This document shows positions 1-10,582 of a stretch of 64,000 bases of DNA, in pieces (the stretch's first letter is position 1; every line of letters starts with the position of its first letter). Under the pieces are notes generated by a model that was not told where the DNA came from, searched no databases, and saw nothing but the letters and a program-made list of their open reading frames with translations. The position numbers and the translations under genes are program-made. This DNA comes from Thermoanaerobaculia bacterium (GTDB lineage: Bacteria > Acidobacteriota > Thermoanaerobaculia > UBA5066 > Gp7-AA6). The stretch spans positions 12,074-76,073 of the forward strand of contig DASWCZ010000056.1 of NCBI GenBank assembly GCA_036395755.1, given 5' to 3'.

Positions 1-1749
1 GACTTCAATCGATGGGACTCCGATGGCCACGCCCTCGCCCCGCGCGGCGAGTCGGGGGTCTGGGAGGGTTTCATTCCGGGCGTCGAGCCCGGCGCCGTGT
101 ACAAGTACCACGTCCGGTCGCGACACCGGGGCTACCGCGTGGACAAGACCGATCCTTTCGCTTTCTTCCGCGAGACGCCTCCGAACACCGGATCGATCGT
201 CTGGGATCTCTCTTACGGCTGGGGCGACTCGGCGTGGATGGAGCGCCGCACTCCGCACGCCTCACGCGACTCGGCGATGTCGGTCTACGAGATCCACCTC
301 GGCTCGTGGCTGCGACGCGGCGGCCGCCTTCCCTCTTACCGCGAAATCGCGCCGGAGCTCGCCTCCTATGCGCGCCGGCTCGGCTTCACTCACGTCGAGC
401 TCCTCCCCATCATGGAGCACCCGTTCTACGGATCGTGGGGATACCAGACGACCGGCTTCTTCGCTCCCACCAGCCGCTACGGGACGCCGCAGGACCTGAT
501 GTTCCTGATCGACCACCTGCACGAGGAGGGGATCGGTGTGATCCTCGACTGGGTGCCTTCGCATTTCCCGTCCGACGAGCACGGCCTCGTCTTCTTCGAC
601 GGGAGCCACGTGTACGAGCACGCCGATCCGCACAAGGCGTATCAGCCGGACTGGGGGAGCCTCGTCTTCAATTACGGCCGGGACGAGGTCCGGAGCTTCC
701 TGCTCTCCTCCGCGCTCTTCTGGCTGGAGCGCTACCACGCCGATGGTTTGCGCGTGGACGCGGTAGCTTCCATGCTGTACCTGGACTACTCCCGGAAAGA
801 GGGGGAGTGGGACCCGAACCGGTTCGGCGGCCGCGAGAATCTCGAAGCGATCGCCTTCCTTCGCCGCTTCAACGAGGAGGTCTATCGGGCGCAGCCCGGC
901 GCGGAAACGGTCGCCGAGGAGTCCACAGCGTGGCCGATGGTGACCCGGCCGACGTGGGTCGGAGGGCTCGGGTTCGGAATGAAGTGGGACATGGGTTGGA
1001 TGCACGACACTCTCGAATACATGAAGCTCGATCCGATACACCGCAAGTTCCACCACGACAAGCTGACGTTCCGCGGCCTGTACGCGTACTCCGAGAACTA
1101 CGTCCTGCCCCTGTCGCACGACGAGGTCGTGCACCTGAAAGGGTCGCTCCTGGCCAAGATGCCGGGCGACGACTGGCAGAGGCTCGCCAACCTCCGCCTG
1201 CTCTTCGCCTGGATGTGGGCGCAGCCTGGAAAGAAGCTGCTGTTCATGGGAGGCGAGATCGGGCAATGGCGCGAGTGGAACCACGACGCCGAGCTCGACT
1301 GGGCGCTCCTCGAGGATCCCTTGCACGCGGGCCTCCAGAGCTGGGTCCGGGATTTGAATCGGCTCTACGCAGAGGAGCCCGCCCTGCACGAGCGCGACTT
1401 CGAGCCCGCCGGTTTTTCGTGGATCGATTGCTCAGACTTCGAGCGCAGCGTCGTCGCGCTTCTGCGGTGCGGCCGCTCGCCGGAGGACGTCGTCGTCGCC
1501 GCGTTCAACTTCACGCCGGTGCCCCGTTACGGATATCGCGTCGGGCTGCCGACCGCGGGGTTCTGGCGCGAGCTCGCCAACAGCGACGCGGCCGAGTACG
1601 GAGGTAGCGGCGTCGGCAACCTGGGGGGCTGCCATGCTTCGGAGGAGCCGGCGCACGGGCGTCCGTACTCGGCGGAGATCACGCTGCCCCCGCTCGGAGC
1701 GGTGTTTTTCAAGCCGGCGAGGCGTCCCGCCGATGGAGAAGACGAATGA
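1..1749 (+). CDS. glgB: 1,4-alpha-glucan branching enzyme, C-terminal part (5' end lies outside the window)
   Basis: Frame 1 is open from base 1 ([37 protein letters not shown]) and continues into the 97..1749 ORF. GH13/GlgB signatures are present: [37 protein letters not shown]. Confidence 0.93.
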   Translation, partial: DFNRWDSDGHALAPRGESGVWEGFIPGVEPGAVYKYHVRSRHRGYRVDKTDPFAFFRETPPNTGSIVWDLSYGWGDSAWMERRTPHASRDSAMSVYEIHLGSWLRRGGRLPSYREIAPELASYARRLGFTHVELLPIMEHPFYGSWGYQTTGFFAPTSRYGTPQDLMFLIDHLHEEGIGVILDWVPSHFPSDEHGLVFFDGSHVYEHADPHKAYQPDWGSLVFNYGRDEVRSFLLSSALFWLERYHADGLRVDAVASMLYLDYSRKEGEWDPNRFGGRENLEAIAFLRRFNEEVYRAQPGAETVAEESTAWPMVTRPTWVGGLGFGMKWDMGWMHDTLEYMKLDPIHRKFHHDKLTFRGLYAYSENYVLPLSHDEVVHLKGSLLAKMPGDDWQRLANLRLLFAWMWAQPGKKLLFMGGEIGQWREWNHDAELDWALLEDPLHAGLQSWVRDLNRLYAEEPALHERDFEPAGFSWIDCSDFERSVVALLRCGRSPEDVVVAAFNFTPVPRYGYRVGLPTAGFWRELANSDAAEYGGSGVGNLGGCHASEEPAHGRPYSAEITLPPLGAVFFKPARRPADGEDE

Positions 1750-3218
1750 ACCGCTTCGTCTGCGTCCACGGTCACTTCTACCAGCCGCCGCGGGAGAACC
1801 CGTGGACGGACGATGTGGACGAAGAACTCTCCGCGCAGCCCTACCACGACTGGAACCAGCGGATCACGGCGGAGTGCTACCGACCGAACGGTTTCGGGCA
1901 GCCTTCGAACTACTCGCGCATGAGCTTCAACTTCGGACCGACCCTGCTCTCGTGGCTCGCCGCAAACTCCCCGGAAACGTACCGTTCCATTCTCGAGGCG
2001 GACCGCATGAGCCGCTCCCGCTTCTCGGGTCACGGTTCCGCAATCGCGCAGGCCTACAACCACGCGATCCTTCCGCTCGCAAGCCGCCGGGACAAGGTCA
2101 CGCAGGTCGCGTGGGGCATCCGCGACTTCGAGTTCCGGTTCGGTCGGCGGCCCGAGGGGATGTGGCTTCCGGAAACCGCCGTCGACGCGGACACGCTCGA
2201 AGTCCTCGCGGAGCAGGGGATCGCGTTCACGGTCCTCGCTCCGTCCCAGGCGGCGCGCGTGCGCGAGCCGGAAGGGGACTGGCAGGACGTCGACGCCCGC
2301 GGCATCGACCCCCGCGAGCCCTATCGGGTTCCCCTTCGATCCGGGCGCGCGATCTCCGTCTTTTTCTACGACGGCACGCTCGCGCACGCGGTGGCGTTCG
2401 GGGAGCTGCCGCGCGACGGAACGGAGCTCGCGCGCGCGCTGCTGTCCCGTTTCCGCGACGACTCGGATCGAGAGCTCGTCCACGTCGCGACGGACGGGGA
2501 GACCTACGGCCACCACTTCCGCGACGGCGACCGCGCGCTCTCCGACGCGCTCGATGCGATCGAGGCCTCCGGTTTTGCCATGCTGACGAATTACGGGGAG
2601 CACCTCGCGCGCTTTCCGCCCCGACGCGAAGCGCAGATCGTTCCGAACACCTCCTGGAGCTGCTCGCACGGGATCGCGCGCTGGATGGACGACTGCGGAT
2701 GCTCGGCGGGGCGCGCGGCAAGTCACCCGTGGCGTCGACCCCTGCGCGAGGCGCTCGACTGGCTGCGCGACACGCTCGCTCCGCTCTACGAGGCCGCCGC
2801 GTCCGGTGTCCTCCACGATCCCTGGGCGGCGCGCAACGACTCGATTGAGATCGTGCTCGATCCTTCGGACGAGAGCGTCCTTCGGTTCTTCGATCGCAAC
2901 GCGATCGGCCCGCTCTCCGCGGAAGACCGATCGACCGCTCTCGGCCTCCTGGAGCTCCAGCGCAACGCCCTCCTGATGTACACGAGCTGCGGCTGGTTCT
3001 TCGACGATCCGGCCGGTCTCGAGACGCGACAGGTCCTCCGCTACGCCGCGCGGGCGGTGGAGCTCGCCGAGGAACACCTCGGCGGTTCGCTCGAGCCGCT
3101 CTTCCTCCGTCTCCTCGAGCGAGTGCGGTCGAGCCTCCCCGAACGGCGGGACGCTTCGGAGCTCTACCGCACGCTACGCGCGCCTCTGCCTCCGGCCGCG
3201 GCCGTCGTGCCGAGCTGA
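1746..3218 (+). CDS. glycoside hydrolase family 57 protein (alpha-amylase/branching-enzyme-like, DUF3536-type)
   Basis: The N-terminus [20 protein letters not shown], plus LPETAVD and [10 protein letters not shown], are typical GH57 motifs. The start overlaps the glgB stop as ATGA (1746-1749). Confidence 0.85.
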   Translation: MNRFVCVHGHFYQPPRENPWTDDVDEELSAQPYHDWNQRITAECYRPNGFGQPSNYSRMSFNFGPTLLSWLAANSPETYRSILEADRMSRSRFSGHGSAIAQAYNHAILPLASRRDKVTQVAWGIRDFEFRFGRRPEGMWLPETAVDADTLEVLAEQGIAFTVLAPSQAARVREPEGDWQDVDARGIDPREPYRVPLRSGRAISVFFYDGTLAHAVAFGELPRDGTELARALLSRFRDDSDRELVHVATDGETYGHHFRDGDRALSDALDAIEASGFAMLTNYGEHLARFPPRREAQIVPNTSWSCSHGIARWMDDCGCSAGRAASHPWRRPLREALDWLRDTLAPLYEAAASGVLHDPWAARNDSIEIVLDPSDESVLRFFDRNAIGPLSAEDRSTALGLLELQRNALLMYTSCGWFFDDPAGLETRQVLRYAARAVELAEEHLGGSLEPLFLRLLERVRSSLPERRDASELYRTLRAPLPPAAAVVPS

Positions 3219-3262
3219 CGGACGGATCCCTCCGGACCCATCTGCTATTCTCGGTCGAGTCG

Positions 3263-5392
3263 ATGGAAGTCTTCGGGCAGCACGACTCGGGCCCCGCCCT
3301 TCCTCCAAACCTCGCCCTCCTTCCCCGGCTTTCCCGGGACCTGCGGTGGACGTGGCGTCCGTCGATCCGGGCGCTCTTCTCCTCCCTCGATCCGGGTCTC
3401 TGGACGGCGGTCCGCGGCAACCCGGCGGCATTTCTTCGCCGCGTCTCGCCCGAGCGGCTCCAGACCGCGGCGGCCGACCCGGCCTTCCTGGCGAGGCTCT
3501 ACGGCCTCGCCTCGGAGCTGGCGTTCGAGGACAACGCGGAGCCGCTCCACCCGGGCGTCCGCGGACTCGTGTCTCGCCGAGATCGAATCGCCTATTTCTC
3601 GGCGGAGTTCGGCTTGACGGAAGTGCTCCCGATCTACGCGGGAGGTCTCGGGGTTCTCGCGGGCGACGTGCTGAAGTCGTCGAGCGACCTGAAGCTGCCG
3701 CTCGTCGGCGTCGGCCTCTTCTACCGCGAGGGGTATTTCCGGCAGCTCTTGGATGCGGACGGGTGGCAGCGGGAGGAGAACCCGCTTCTCGATCCGGCCG
3801 ACCTCCCTCTCGCCCTCCCGGTGACAGAGGACGGAAGTCCACCCACGACCGTACTCGAGCTCGGCGACCGGCCGGTGCAACTCCTGATCCGCGTGGCGCG
3901 CGTGGGACGCATCTCGCTCTTCCTGCTCGACGCCGACCTGCCCGAGAATCATCCCGATGACCGAATGGTCACCGCGCGGCTCTACGCCGGCGACCAGGAG
4001 ATGCGGATCCGGCAGGAAATCGTCCTCGGAATGGGGGGCTTGAAGGCTCTGAAGCGGCTTGGCCTCATTCCGTCCATCCGCCACATCAACGAAGGACACG
4101 CCGCGTTCGCCGTCCTGGAGAAGATCCGGGAGCTCGTCAGCGAAGAAGGCATGTCGCTGGCGGATGCCCGCGAGTCGGCGTCCGCCGGAAACGTCTTCAC
4201 GACACACACTCCGGTCCCCGCGGGCATCGACCGCTTCCCGCTGCCCTTGATCGAGAAATACCTGTCCGGAGTCGCCCGGGACTGCGGCATCACGATCGAG
4301 GAGCTCATGCGTCTGGGGCGCGAGGTTCCGGAGCGGGAGGGGGAGCCCTTTTCGATGGCGGTCCTGGCGCTCCGCCACTCCTCTCACGCGAACGCGGTCT
4401 CGCAGCTCCACGCCCGGGTGTCCCGCCGGCTGTGGATGGAACTTCTCCCCGAGCTCGCGGACGTCGACGTCCGCATCCAATCGATCACGAACGGCGTCCA
4501 TCGCGCGACCTGGACCGACCCGGAGATTGCTATGCTGCGGCTGCCCGACAATCCGGGGCCCGAGGCGCGGAGCGAGCTGTGGCGCACGCACGAGCGTCTG
4601 CGCGCGCGCCTCGTTTCGTTCTGCCGTGACCGTCTGGTCGCCTGGAAGCGCGAGCTCGGCCGCCCCGAAGAGGAAGTCGAAGCGGCGGGTCGCGTTCTCG
4701 ATCCGCAGGCGATGACCATCGGGTTCGCGCGACGCTTCGCTGCGTACAAGCGGGCGACGCTCGTCTTCAGCGATCCGGAGCGGCTGAGGCGCCTCCTCGA
4801 TTCGCGGCCGGTGCAGCTCGTCTTCGCTGGAAAGGCTCACCCCGCGGACGATCCCGCCAAAGAGCTCCTCCGCGACGTCGTGCGATGGTCGCAGAGCCCG
4901 GAGTTCCGGGACCGCGTCGTCTTCCTCCCCGAGTACGACATGGGGGTCGCTCGCGCGCTCGTCGCGGGCTGCGACGTCTGGTTGAACAACCCGATCCGGC
5001 CGCACGAGGCGTCGGGCACGTCCGGGATGAAAGTTGCGATGAACGGCGGATTGAACCTCTCGGTCTTGGACGGCTGGTGGGACGAGGCGCCTTACGAGGA
5101 GGCGGGTTTCGTCATCGGAGAGGCAACCGACGACTCGGTCCGCGAGGACGCCGCGACCGCGCTCTACGAGGTGCTCGAGGAGAAGGTCGTCCCCCTCTTC
5201 TTCGATCGCGACGAGAACGGAATCCCGTGGCGCTGGGTCGAGAAGATGGTCTTCTCCGCGAAGCGGATCGCAAGGCTCTTCTCCTCAGACCGCATGGTGA
5301 CCGAGTACCTGGAGCAGTGCTACCTGCCGGCGGCGGAGCGTCGCGTCGCGGCGAACGGAACGCGGGCGAGACAGCTCGTCGAGGGGGCCTAG
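3263..5392 (+). CDS. glgP: alpha-glucan phosphorylase (GT35, GlgP/MalP-like)
   Basis: 709-aa ORF with LRWTWRP...LDPGLW, IAYFSAEFGL, AGGLGVLAGD and the PLP-lysine region EASGTSGMKVAMNGGLNLSVLDGWW. Confidence 0.9.
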   Translation: MEVFGQHDSGPALPPNLALLPRLSRDLRWTWRPSIRALFSSLDPGLWTAVRGNPAAFLRRVSPERLQTAAADPAFLARLYGLASELAFEDNAEPLHPGVRGLVSRRDRIAYFSAEFGLTEVLPIYAGGLGVLAGDVLKSSSDLKLPLVGVGLFYREGYFRQLLDADGWQREENPLLDPADLPLALPVTEDGSPPTTVLELGDRPVQLLIRVARVGRISLFLLDADLPENHPDDRMVTARLYAGDQEMRIRQEIVLGMGGLKALKRLGLIPSIRHINEGHAAFAVLEKIRELVSEEGMSLADARESASAGNVFTTHTPVPAGIDRFPLPLIEKYLSGVARDCGITIEELMRLGREVPEREGEPFSMAVLALRHSSHANAVSQLHARVSRRLWMELLPELADVDVRIQSITNGVHRATWTDPEIAMLRLPDNPGPEARSELWRTHERLRARLVSFCRDRLVAWKRELGRPEEEVEAAGRVLDPQAMTIGFARRFAAYKRATLVFSDPERLRRLLDSRPVQLVFAGKAHPADDPAKELLRDVVRWSQSPEFRDRVVFLPEYDMGVARALVAGCDVWLNNPIRPHEASGTSGMKVAMNGGLNLSVLDGWWDEAPYEEAGFVIGEATDDSVREDAATALYEVLEEKVVPLFFDRDENGIPWRWVEKMVFSAKRIARLFSSDRMVTEYLEQCYLPAAERRVAANGTRARQLVEGA

Positions 5393-5394
5393 AC

Positions 5395-6831
5395 ATTCGT
5401 TCCGCCGGCCTCCTCCTTCATCCCACCTCGCTCCCCGGACCTTTCGGAGTCGGGGACCTCGGACCGGCCGCGGATCGTTTTCTCGACTGGGCCTCCTCGG
5501 CCGGCCAGACGATCTGGCAGGTTCTCCCGCTCGGACCGACCGGCTTCGGCTCTTCTCCCTACGGCGCCCTTTCGGCGTTCGCCGGGAACCCGCTCCTCCT
5601 CTCCCCGGAGCGGCTCGTCGAGGACGGGCTCGTCTCCGCTTCCGCGATCCGGGACGTTCCAGACTTTCCGGCGGAACGGGTGGAGTGGGACTCCGCGCGC
5701 GACTGGAAGGAGCGCTTGCTGCGCTGCGCCTGGAGCCGGACGGAGAAATCCGCCGTGCTTTCCGCCGACCTGGACCGATTCCGCAGCGCGCCGGAGCAGC
5801 GGCCCTGGCTTTCCGACTGGGCGCTCTTCGCGGCGCGCCGCGCCACGGGATCGATGAGCGGAGCGCGGGAGCTCGCGGACGAGATCGCTTACCAGGAGTT
5901 CCTGCAACTCCTCTTCTTCCGTCAGTGGGGGAGACTCCGGGACGAAGCGGCGCGGCGAGGGATCGCGCTCTTCGGAGACGTCCCGATCTACGTCTCCCGA
6001 GACGGCGTGGAGGTGTCAACGCATCCCGATCTCTTCGCGCTCGATGCGTCCGGCCTCGCGCTCGAGGTCGCCGGCGTTCCCCCCGACTTCTTCAGCCGGA
6101 CGGGACAGCTCTGGGGCTACCCGCTGTACCGCTGGGATCGGATGGAGCAGAACGGGTTCGCCTGGTGGATCGAGCGCCTTCGAGCGGCTTTCCGGCGGAC
6201 CGACGTCGTCCGGCTCGATCACTTCCGCGGTTTCGTCGCGTACTGGGCGGTCCCCGCGGCATCGGCGACGGCGGCGGAGGGAGAGTGGCGCCCGGGTCCG
6301 GGCCGGAGGCTCTTCGACGCGGTCGAGCGCGCGCTCGGCCGCCTGCCTCTCGTCGCGGAGGACCTCGGGACGATCACTCCCGACGTCCGCGCCCTTCTGG
6401 CGGAGCTCGGATTGCCCGGCATGAAAGTCCTGCAGTTCGCCTTCTTCGAGCCGAACAGCGCCTACCTCCCGCACAACCACGTCGCGAACTCGGTCGTCTA
6501 CACCGGCACCCACGACAACGACACCGCGCGGGGATGGTGGGGAAGCCTGAGCGGAGAGGAACGACAGCGGGTACACGACTACCTCGGAAGCGACGGTCAC
6601 GAGATCGAGTGGGACCTGATCCGCGCGGCCTACGGCTCGGTCGCCGAGCGCGCCATCGTGCCGATCCAGGACGTCTTCGGGCTCGGAAGCGAGGCGCGGA
6701 TGAACACGCCCGGGGAGGGCGTTGGGAACTGGAGCTGGCGGGCGCGGGCAGGGGACTTCCGGCCCGATCGCGCGGCGCGGCTCTCGCGGCTCGCGGTGTT
6801 GACGGGACGCTCGGGGAGCTCCAGAACGTAG
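5395..6831 (+). CDS. malQ: 4-alpha-glucanotransferase (amylomaltase); start codon uncertain
   Basis: The conserved MalQ N-terminus (R)SAGLLLHPTSLPGPFGVGDLG starts at 5398, immediately after the glgP stop (5390-5392). The codon at 5395 is ATT. The nearest in-frame canonical start is GTG at 5317, which would give a 76-nt overlap with glgP. The rest of the ORF (frame of 4885..6831) has MalQ motifs: YVSRDG, WGYPLYRW, RLDHFRGF, YTGTHDNDT. Confidence 0.85.
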   Translation: MRSAGLLLHPTSLPGPFGVGDLGPAADRFLDWASSAGQTIWQVLPLGPTGFGSSPYGALSAFAGNPLLLSPERLVEDGLVSASAIRDVPDFPAERVEWDSARDWKERLLRCAWSRTEKSAVLSADLDRFRSAPEQRPWLSDWALFAARRATGSMSGARELADEIAYQEFLQLLFFRQWGRLRDEAARRGIALFGDVPIYVSRDGVEVSTHPDLFALDASGLALEVAGVPPDFFSRTGQLWGYPLYRWDRMEQNGFAWWIERLRAAFRRTDVVRLDHFRGFVAYWAVPAASATAAEGEWRPGPGRRLFDAVERALGRLPLVAEDLGTITPDVRALLAELGLPGMKVLQFAFFEPNSAYLPHNHVANSVVYTGTHDNDTARGWWGSLSGEERQRVHDYLGSDGHEIEWDLIRAAYGSVAERAIVPIQDVFGLGSEARMNTPGEGVGNWSWRARAGDFRPDRAARLSRLAVLTGRSGSSRT

Positions 6832-6842
6832 AGAGGTGGGCA

Positions 6843-7079
6843 GTGACGAGAAAACGGGTCGTCCGGCAGCACGAGGTCGAAGCGGATTTCCGGGTGCCGC
6901 AGCTCGCGAAGGCCGGATCTTCGCTCACGCTGCGTCTCCACTACCGCGGCGAGAGAATCGGAGAGATCGAGATCGGACGAGGCTCTCTGTACTGGCGCGG
7001 CGGCGGACGTCACCGATCGAAGCGGATCCCCTGGTCCCGCTTCGCCGAAAAGATGGACGAACTGGCGTACGGTGCCTGA
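6843..7079 (+). CDS. small hypothetical protein (~78 aa)
   Basis: GTG at 6843 is preceded by GAGAGG. It occupies the tail frame of the 5685..7079 ORF (VTRKRVVRQHEVEADFRVPQLAKAGSSLTLRLHYRGERIGEIEIGRGSLYWRGGGRHRSKRIPWSRFAEKMDELAYGA). Third-position GC bias looks coding, and it fills an otherwise empty gap. No family recognised. Confidence 0.45.
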   Translation: MTRKRVVRQHEVEADFRVPQLAKAGSSLTLRLHYRGERIGEIEIGRGSLYWRGGGRHRSKRIPWSRFAEKMDELAYGA

Positions 7080-7110
7080 GAGAATGGGAGTCCGCCGTTA
7101 GATTCCTTCG

Positions 7111-7116
7111 AAGGAG
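7111..7116 (+). promoter_or_regulatory. Shine-Dalgarno AAGGAG for the outer-membrane protein gene
   Basis: AAGGAG lies 7 nt upstream of the ATG at 7124. Confidence 0.6.
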
Positions 7117-7123
7117 CAAGATC

Positions 7124-8464
7124 ATGCCCCTCCTCCGCCGGTTCGGTCTCTGCCTCGCCGTGATGGGCCTCTTTGCCGCGCGCGCTTCCGGTCAGGCGTT
7201 CAACCTTCGGGATCTCCTGACGGAGTTCCTGCGGGAAGGCATCACGCTCGCGCCGCCGGCCGCGCCGTTTCCGAGCCACGAGGCGCACTTCAGCGGCATA
7301 GATTCCGAGGAATTCCACGCCCTCGAGCATATGAGCGACGAGATCGGAAACCAACTCTCCAACTTTCCCCTGGCCTCCTCCGCGGGAGGCTTCACCTATC
7401 GGTTCGATCCCTCGGCGGGCGTCTTCACCCGCACTGCCGACAGCTTTGGTCCCGTTTACGCGGAGCGGGCCGAGTCGATCGGCGTAGGGAAGTTCAACCT
7501 CGGGCTGAGCTACAGCCATTTCACCTACGACCGGCTCCACAACTTGAGGCTACGCGATGGAGACCTGCGGCTCGTCTTTACGCACGAGGACATCAACCAC
7601 GACGGAAGCAACCTCCAGCCGTTCTTCGAAGGCGACGTCATCACGGGCCGCTTGTTCCTGAAGATCGGCACGGACGTGACGGCTTTCGTTCTGACCTACG
7701 GACTGACGGACCGGCTGGACTTCGGCCTCGCGGTGCCCATCGTGCGCGTTCGGCTGGAAGCGCGCACGGACCTGCAGATCGAGAGGCTCGCGACCGGTTC
7801 TGTCGCTCCCGACATCCATCGCTTCGCCAACGGCCGATCGACCGACACCGTCCGGCAGAGCGGAAGCGCGTCCGGGGTCGGCGACGTCATCGTACGCGGG
7901 AAGTATCAACTTCTGCGGGCCGATCGAGGGGGCCTCGCCCTGGCGGCGGACGTGCGCCTCCCGACGGGGGACGAACGGGAGCTACTCGGCTCGGGCTCGA
8001 CCCGCGTCAAGGGGTTCCTGATCGGCTCGTTGCGCTGGGGGACGTTCTCACCGCACGTCAATGCCGGTTACAACTGGAACTTGCGCACCGGAAGCGCGCC
8101 GAGGTTCGCCGACCAGATCGGGTACGCAGCGGGCTTCGACTGGGCGGCGCATTCTCGGCTGACCTTTGCCGCCGACGTGATCGGCAGCAGCTACCGAGAC
8201 GCAACGGTCCTCAAGGTGACGGACCAGACCTTCCAGGCGAACACGAACCCGAATCCCGCCCAGCCGCCGACCATTGCCACAGCGACCTATCCGATGCTGA
8301 CCATTCTGGAGGGACGGAACTACACGGCGCTGCTCGGATCCCTCGGGGCGAAGATCAACCCGTTTGGCAACTTCCTTCTGACGGTCAACGGTCTCTTCCC
8401 TCTGAAGCGGGAGAGCCTGCAGGACGACTTCGCGGCCCTGGTGGCAATCGACTACAGCTTCTAG
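7124..8464 (+). CDS. outer-membrane beta-barrel protein (transporter-like; family assignment tentative)
   Basis: ATG at 7124 gives the signal peptide MPLLRRFGLCLAVMGLFAARASGQA. The body shows alternating amphipathic strand patterns and ends with a C-terminal ...AIDYSF (terminal Phe). The upstream part of the 6836..8464 ORF is Arg-rich and was rejected. Confidence 0.75.
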   Translation: MPLLRRFGLCLAVMGLFAARASGQAFNLRDLLTEFLREGITLAPPAAPFPSHEAHFSGIDSEEFHALEHMSDEIGNQLSNFPLASSAGGFTYRFDPSAGVFTRTADSFGPVYAERAESIGVGKFNLGLSYSHFTYDRLHNLRLRDGDLRLVFTHEDINHDGSNLQPFFEGDVITGRLFLKIGTDVTAFVLTYGLTDRLDFGLAVPIVRVRLEARTDLQIERLATGSVAPDIHRFANGRSTDTVRQSGSASGVGDVIVRGKYQLLRADRGGLALAADVRLPTGDERELLGSGSTRVKGFLIGSLRWGTFSPHVNAGYNWNLRTGSAPRFADQIGYAAGFDWAAHSRLTFAADVIGSSYRDATVLKVTDQTFQANTNPNPAQPPTIATATYPMLTILEGRNYTALLGSLGAKINPFGNFLLTVNGLFPLKRESLQDDFAALVAIDYSF

Positions 8465-8469
8465 AAAAG

Positions 8470-8489
8470 GTCGGGCGCGAACGCCGGAC
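8470..8489. terminator. possible hairpin terminator between convergent genes
   Basis: gtcgggcg-cgaa-cgccggac forms an 8-bp stem with one mismatch. On the minus strand it is followed by CTTTTCT and lies 5 nt after the kinase stop. Confidence 0.4.
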
Positions 8490-8494
8490 AATCT

Positions 8495-10567
8495 CTAGCG
8501 CAGGCCGACGATCACCCAGGCGCCACCGATTTTCTCGAGCAGGATCCGGACGGGTCCGGAATGAGACTGCTCGCTGCCGACTCGAGGGATTGCCAACCGC
8601 CTCTCATGGCCGCTGACTTCGGCGCGCCTCCCTTCGGGCTCGACGTCGATCCTGTCGATCTCGAGTTGGAGAGTCTGTGAGCGAAGGCTCTCGAAAGCCT
8701 TCTGAATCCGAGGGCGGCCGAGCGAGGGGTAGACCCGGGCGTAGAGCGCGATGTCGAGCGTGTTCTGCGCCTGGACATAGAGTGCCACCGCTTCCCGGAC
8801 TCTGTCCTCTTCGGACCGGGCTCGCGCCGGAGATTCGAGTGGCTTTGCCGGAGGAGGCTTCGGCTCCGGGACCGCCGGGACGACGGAAGGAATCGGACGC
8901 GGCGGCTCGGAAGCGACGGTCGGCTCCTTCGCCGCGACCGGCGGCGGGAGGCTCGCGACGCGCTCGGCGGGACGTTGCGGCGCCGTGCGGGACCAGCTCT
9001 CCGCCTGCCGGAAGAGAGCGGCGGCGGAATCGAAGGATGCGGCTGCCGATTCGTAGCGCCCGTCGCCCAGTAGCCGCTGGCCCTCCTTTTCCTTCCTCCG
9101 AGCCGATTCGTAGACGGAGCCCGCGATCTCGGGGGCGCGAGCCCGCTCGGCGGCGCCCCGCGTGCTCTTCGCCAGGCCGCGCGCGTCCTCGGCGATGCGC
9201 CGCAACCGGCCGGTGTCCGGCTGAGAAGCGGGAGGCGCGGCGGTCGCTTCCAGCGTCGCCGCTTCGGTCGGCGGTGGCGGCGTCGGGACTTCGGCTGCGA
9301 CGGTCGGCGGAACGACCTGCGCGGCGGCCGCGGTCGGGAAAGGTCCGGAGGGGCGCGCGAGTTCGCCTCCCCGGGCACTCGAGGGTCGTCGCTGCACAGC
9401 GAGAATCACCGCGATCGCCGCCGCCGCCCCGGCGAGGACGATCGCGGCGACCGGCAGCGGAGAACGGCGGCGGGCGGTCTTTTCCGTCATCGGAGCGGCG
9501 ACCGTCTCCTCCCACTCTCCCGCCGGTCCAGTCTCGACGGGGCCGGGGGCGGTCGGCTGGGACCGGGGCGTCGGCGTGCCTTGCGCAACGAAGTACCGGT
9601 CGAGCCGGTCCTGAGCGCTCGGAGTGACGGCGTCGTGCGGAATCTCGCGCGATTCCCGGACTTTGGCGAGAATGCGCTGGGTCGCCTCCGGATCGGCGGA
9701 AAAGCCGAGTGCGTGCCGGATCGTAATGATCTCGCGATCGAACTCTTCGGCGCTCGAGAAGCGCCGCGCGCGCTCCTTCTCCATCGCTTTCAAAACCACG
9801 GCGCGAACCGGCTCCGGGACGCGGTTGGCCGGATCGGTCACCGAGAACGGAAGCGCCTCCTTGAAGAGGTGCGCGGCAAAGAGCTCGCGCGGCGATTCGC
9901 CGGGAAAGGGCAGCTGTCCTGTCAGGAGCTCGTACAGGCCGACGCCGAGCGAGTAGAGGTCGCTCCGGCCGTCCAAGGTCTCGCCTTCTGCCAGGCCGCC
10001 GAGCTGCTCGGGAGAAGAATATTTGAGCTTCCCGAGAAAGACGCCGGTGGACGTCAGATTGATGGTCTTGTCGAGCGGCTTCGCAATGCCGAGGTCGATC
10101 AGCTTCACCTGGGGACGGCCCTCGTCGTCGTGGGTCAACATCAGGTTGTCGGGCGCGATGTCGCGGTGGACCACGTTCTTCCGATGCAGGAATCCGAGCG
10201 CGGAGAGCGTCTGGTGCGCGATCTCGAGGGTCATCGGCACACCGGGCGGTCCCGATGCCCTCAGGAGCTCCGCCAAGTTCACGCCGTCGATGAACTCCAT
10301 GACGATGTACGCCATGCCGTCGGAGTCCAGAGCGAAATCCAGGATGGCCCCGATATTCGGATGTTTGAGACGGGTTGCAGTCTTCGCTTCCTGCGTGAAC
10401 CGGCGCTTCAGCTCCTCGTCGGCTCCGATCTGCGGACGCATGACCTTGACGACACGAACCTCGTCGAGAAGGCGGTGGCGGACCTTGTAGATGGTCCCCA
10501 TGCCACCTTCCTTGATCTTCGCGAGGATTTCGTACTTGCCTTCGATGAGGGTACCGGCGACCGGCAA
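8495..10567 (-). CDS. membrane Ser/Thr protein kinase with extracytoplasmic NTF2/SnoaL-like C-terminal domain
   Basis: Hanks kinase motifs are present: GGMGTIYKV, VVKVM, HRDIAPDNLM, DLGIAK, YSSPEQ. These are followed by one TM helix (PLPVAAIVLAGAAAAIAVILAV), a Pro/Ala-rich linker and a C-terminal ~120-aa NTF2-like region. Start set at TTG 10567 (MPVAGTLIEGKYEIL), 6 nt after GGAGGTGGG. The longer ORF to 10867 would overlap the divergent UbiA gene. Confidence 0.88.
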   Translation of the reverse strand: MPVAGTLIEGKYEILAKIKEGGMGTIYKVRHRLLDEVRVVKVMRPQIGADEELKRRFTQEAKTATRLKHPNIGAILDFALDSDGMAYIVMEFIDGVNLAELLRASGPPGVPMTLEIAHQTLSALGFLHRKNVVHRDIAPDNLMLTHDDEGRPQVKLIDLGIAKPLDKTINLTSTGVFLGKLKYSSPEQLGGLAEGETLDGRSDLYSLGVGLYELLTGQLPFPGESPRELFAAHLFKEALPFSVTDPANRVPEPVRAVVLKAMEKERARRFSSAEEFDREIITIRHALGFSADPEATQRILAKVRESREIPHDAVTPSAQDRLDRYFVAQGTPTPRSQPTAPGPVETGPAGEWEETVAAPMTEKTARRRSPLPVAAIVLAGAAAAIAVILAVQRRPSSARGGELARPSGPFPTAAAAQVVPPTVAAEVPTPPPPTEAATLEATAAPPASQPDTGRLRRIAEDARGLAKSTRGAAERARAPEIAGSVYESARRKEKEGQRLLGDGRYESAAASFDSAAALFRQAESWSRTAPQRPAERVASLPPPVAAKEPTVASEPPRPIPSVVPAVPEPKPPPAKPLESPARARSEEDRVREAVALYVQAQNTLDIALYARVYPSLGRPRIQKAFESLRSQTLQLEIDRIDVEPEGRRAEVSGHERRLAIPRVGSEQSHSGPVRILLEKIGGAWVIVGLR

Positions 10568-10573
10568 GGAGAT

Positions 10574-10582
10574 CCCACCTCC
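10574..10582 (-). promoter_or_regulatory. Shine-Dalgarno GGAGGTGGG for the kinase gene
   Basis: The reverse complement of 10574..10582 is GGAGGTGGG, with 6-nt spacing to the TTG at 10567. Confidence 0.6.

Noticed and set aside
12-5005. Alternative-frame and antisense ORFs over the glycogen genes (12..1607, 262..1389, 1527..3077, 1634..2848, 2227..3420, 3245..5005).
   Set aside because: All overlap ORFs with unambiguous GlgB, GH57 or GlgP motifs and have Arg/Pro-rich nonsense-like composition.
6836-7123. N-terminal 96-codon extension of the outer-membrane protein ORF (start at 6836).
   Set aside because: The extension is Arg-rich and overlaps the better small ORF at 6843..7079 in another frame. 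A strong AAGGAG-ATG plus signal peptide begins at 7124.
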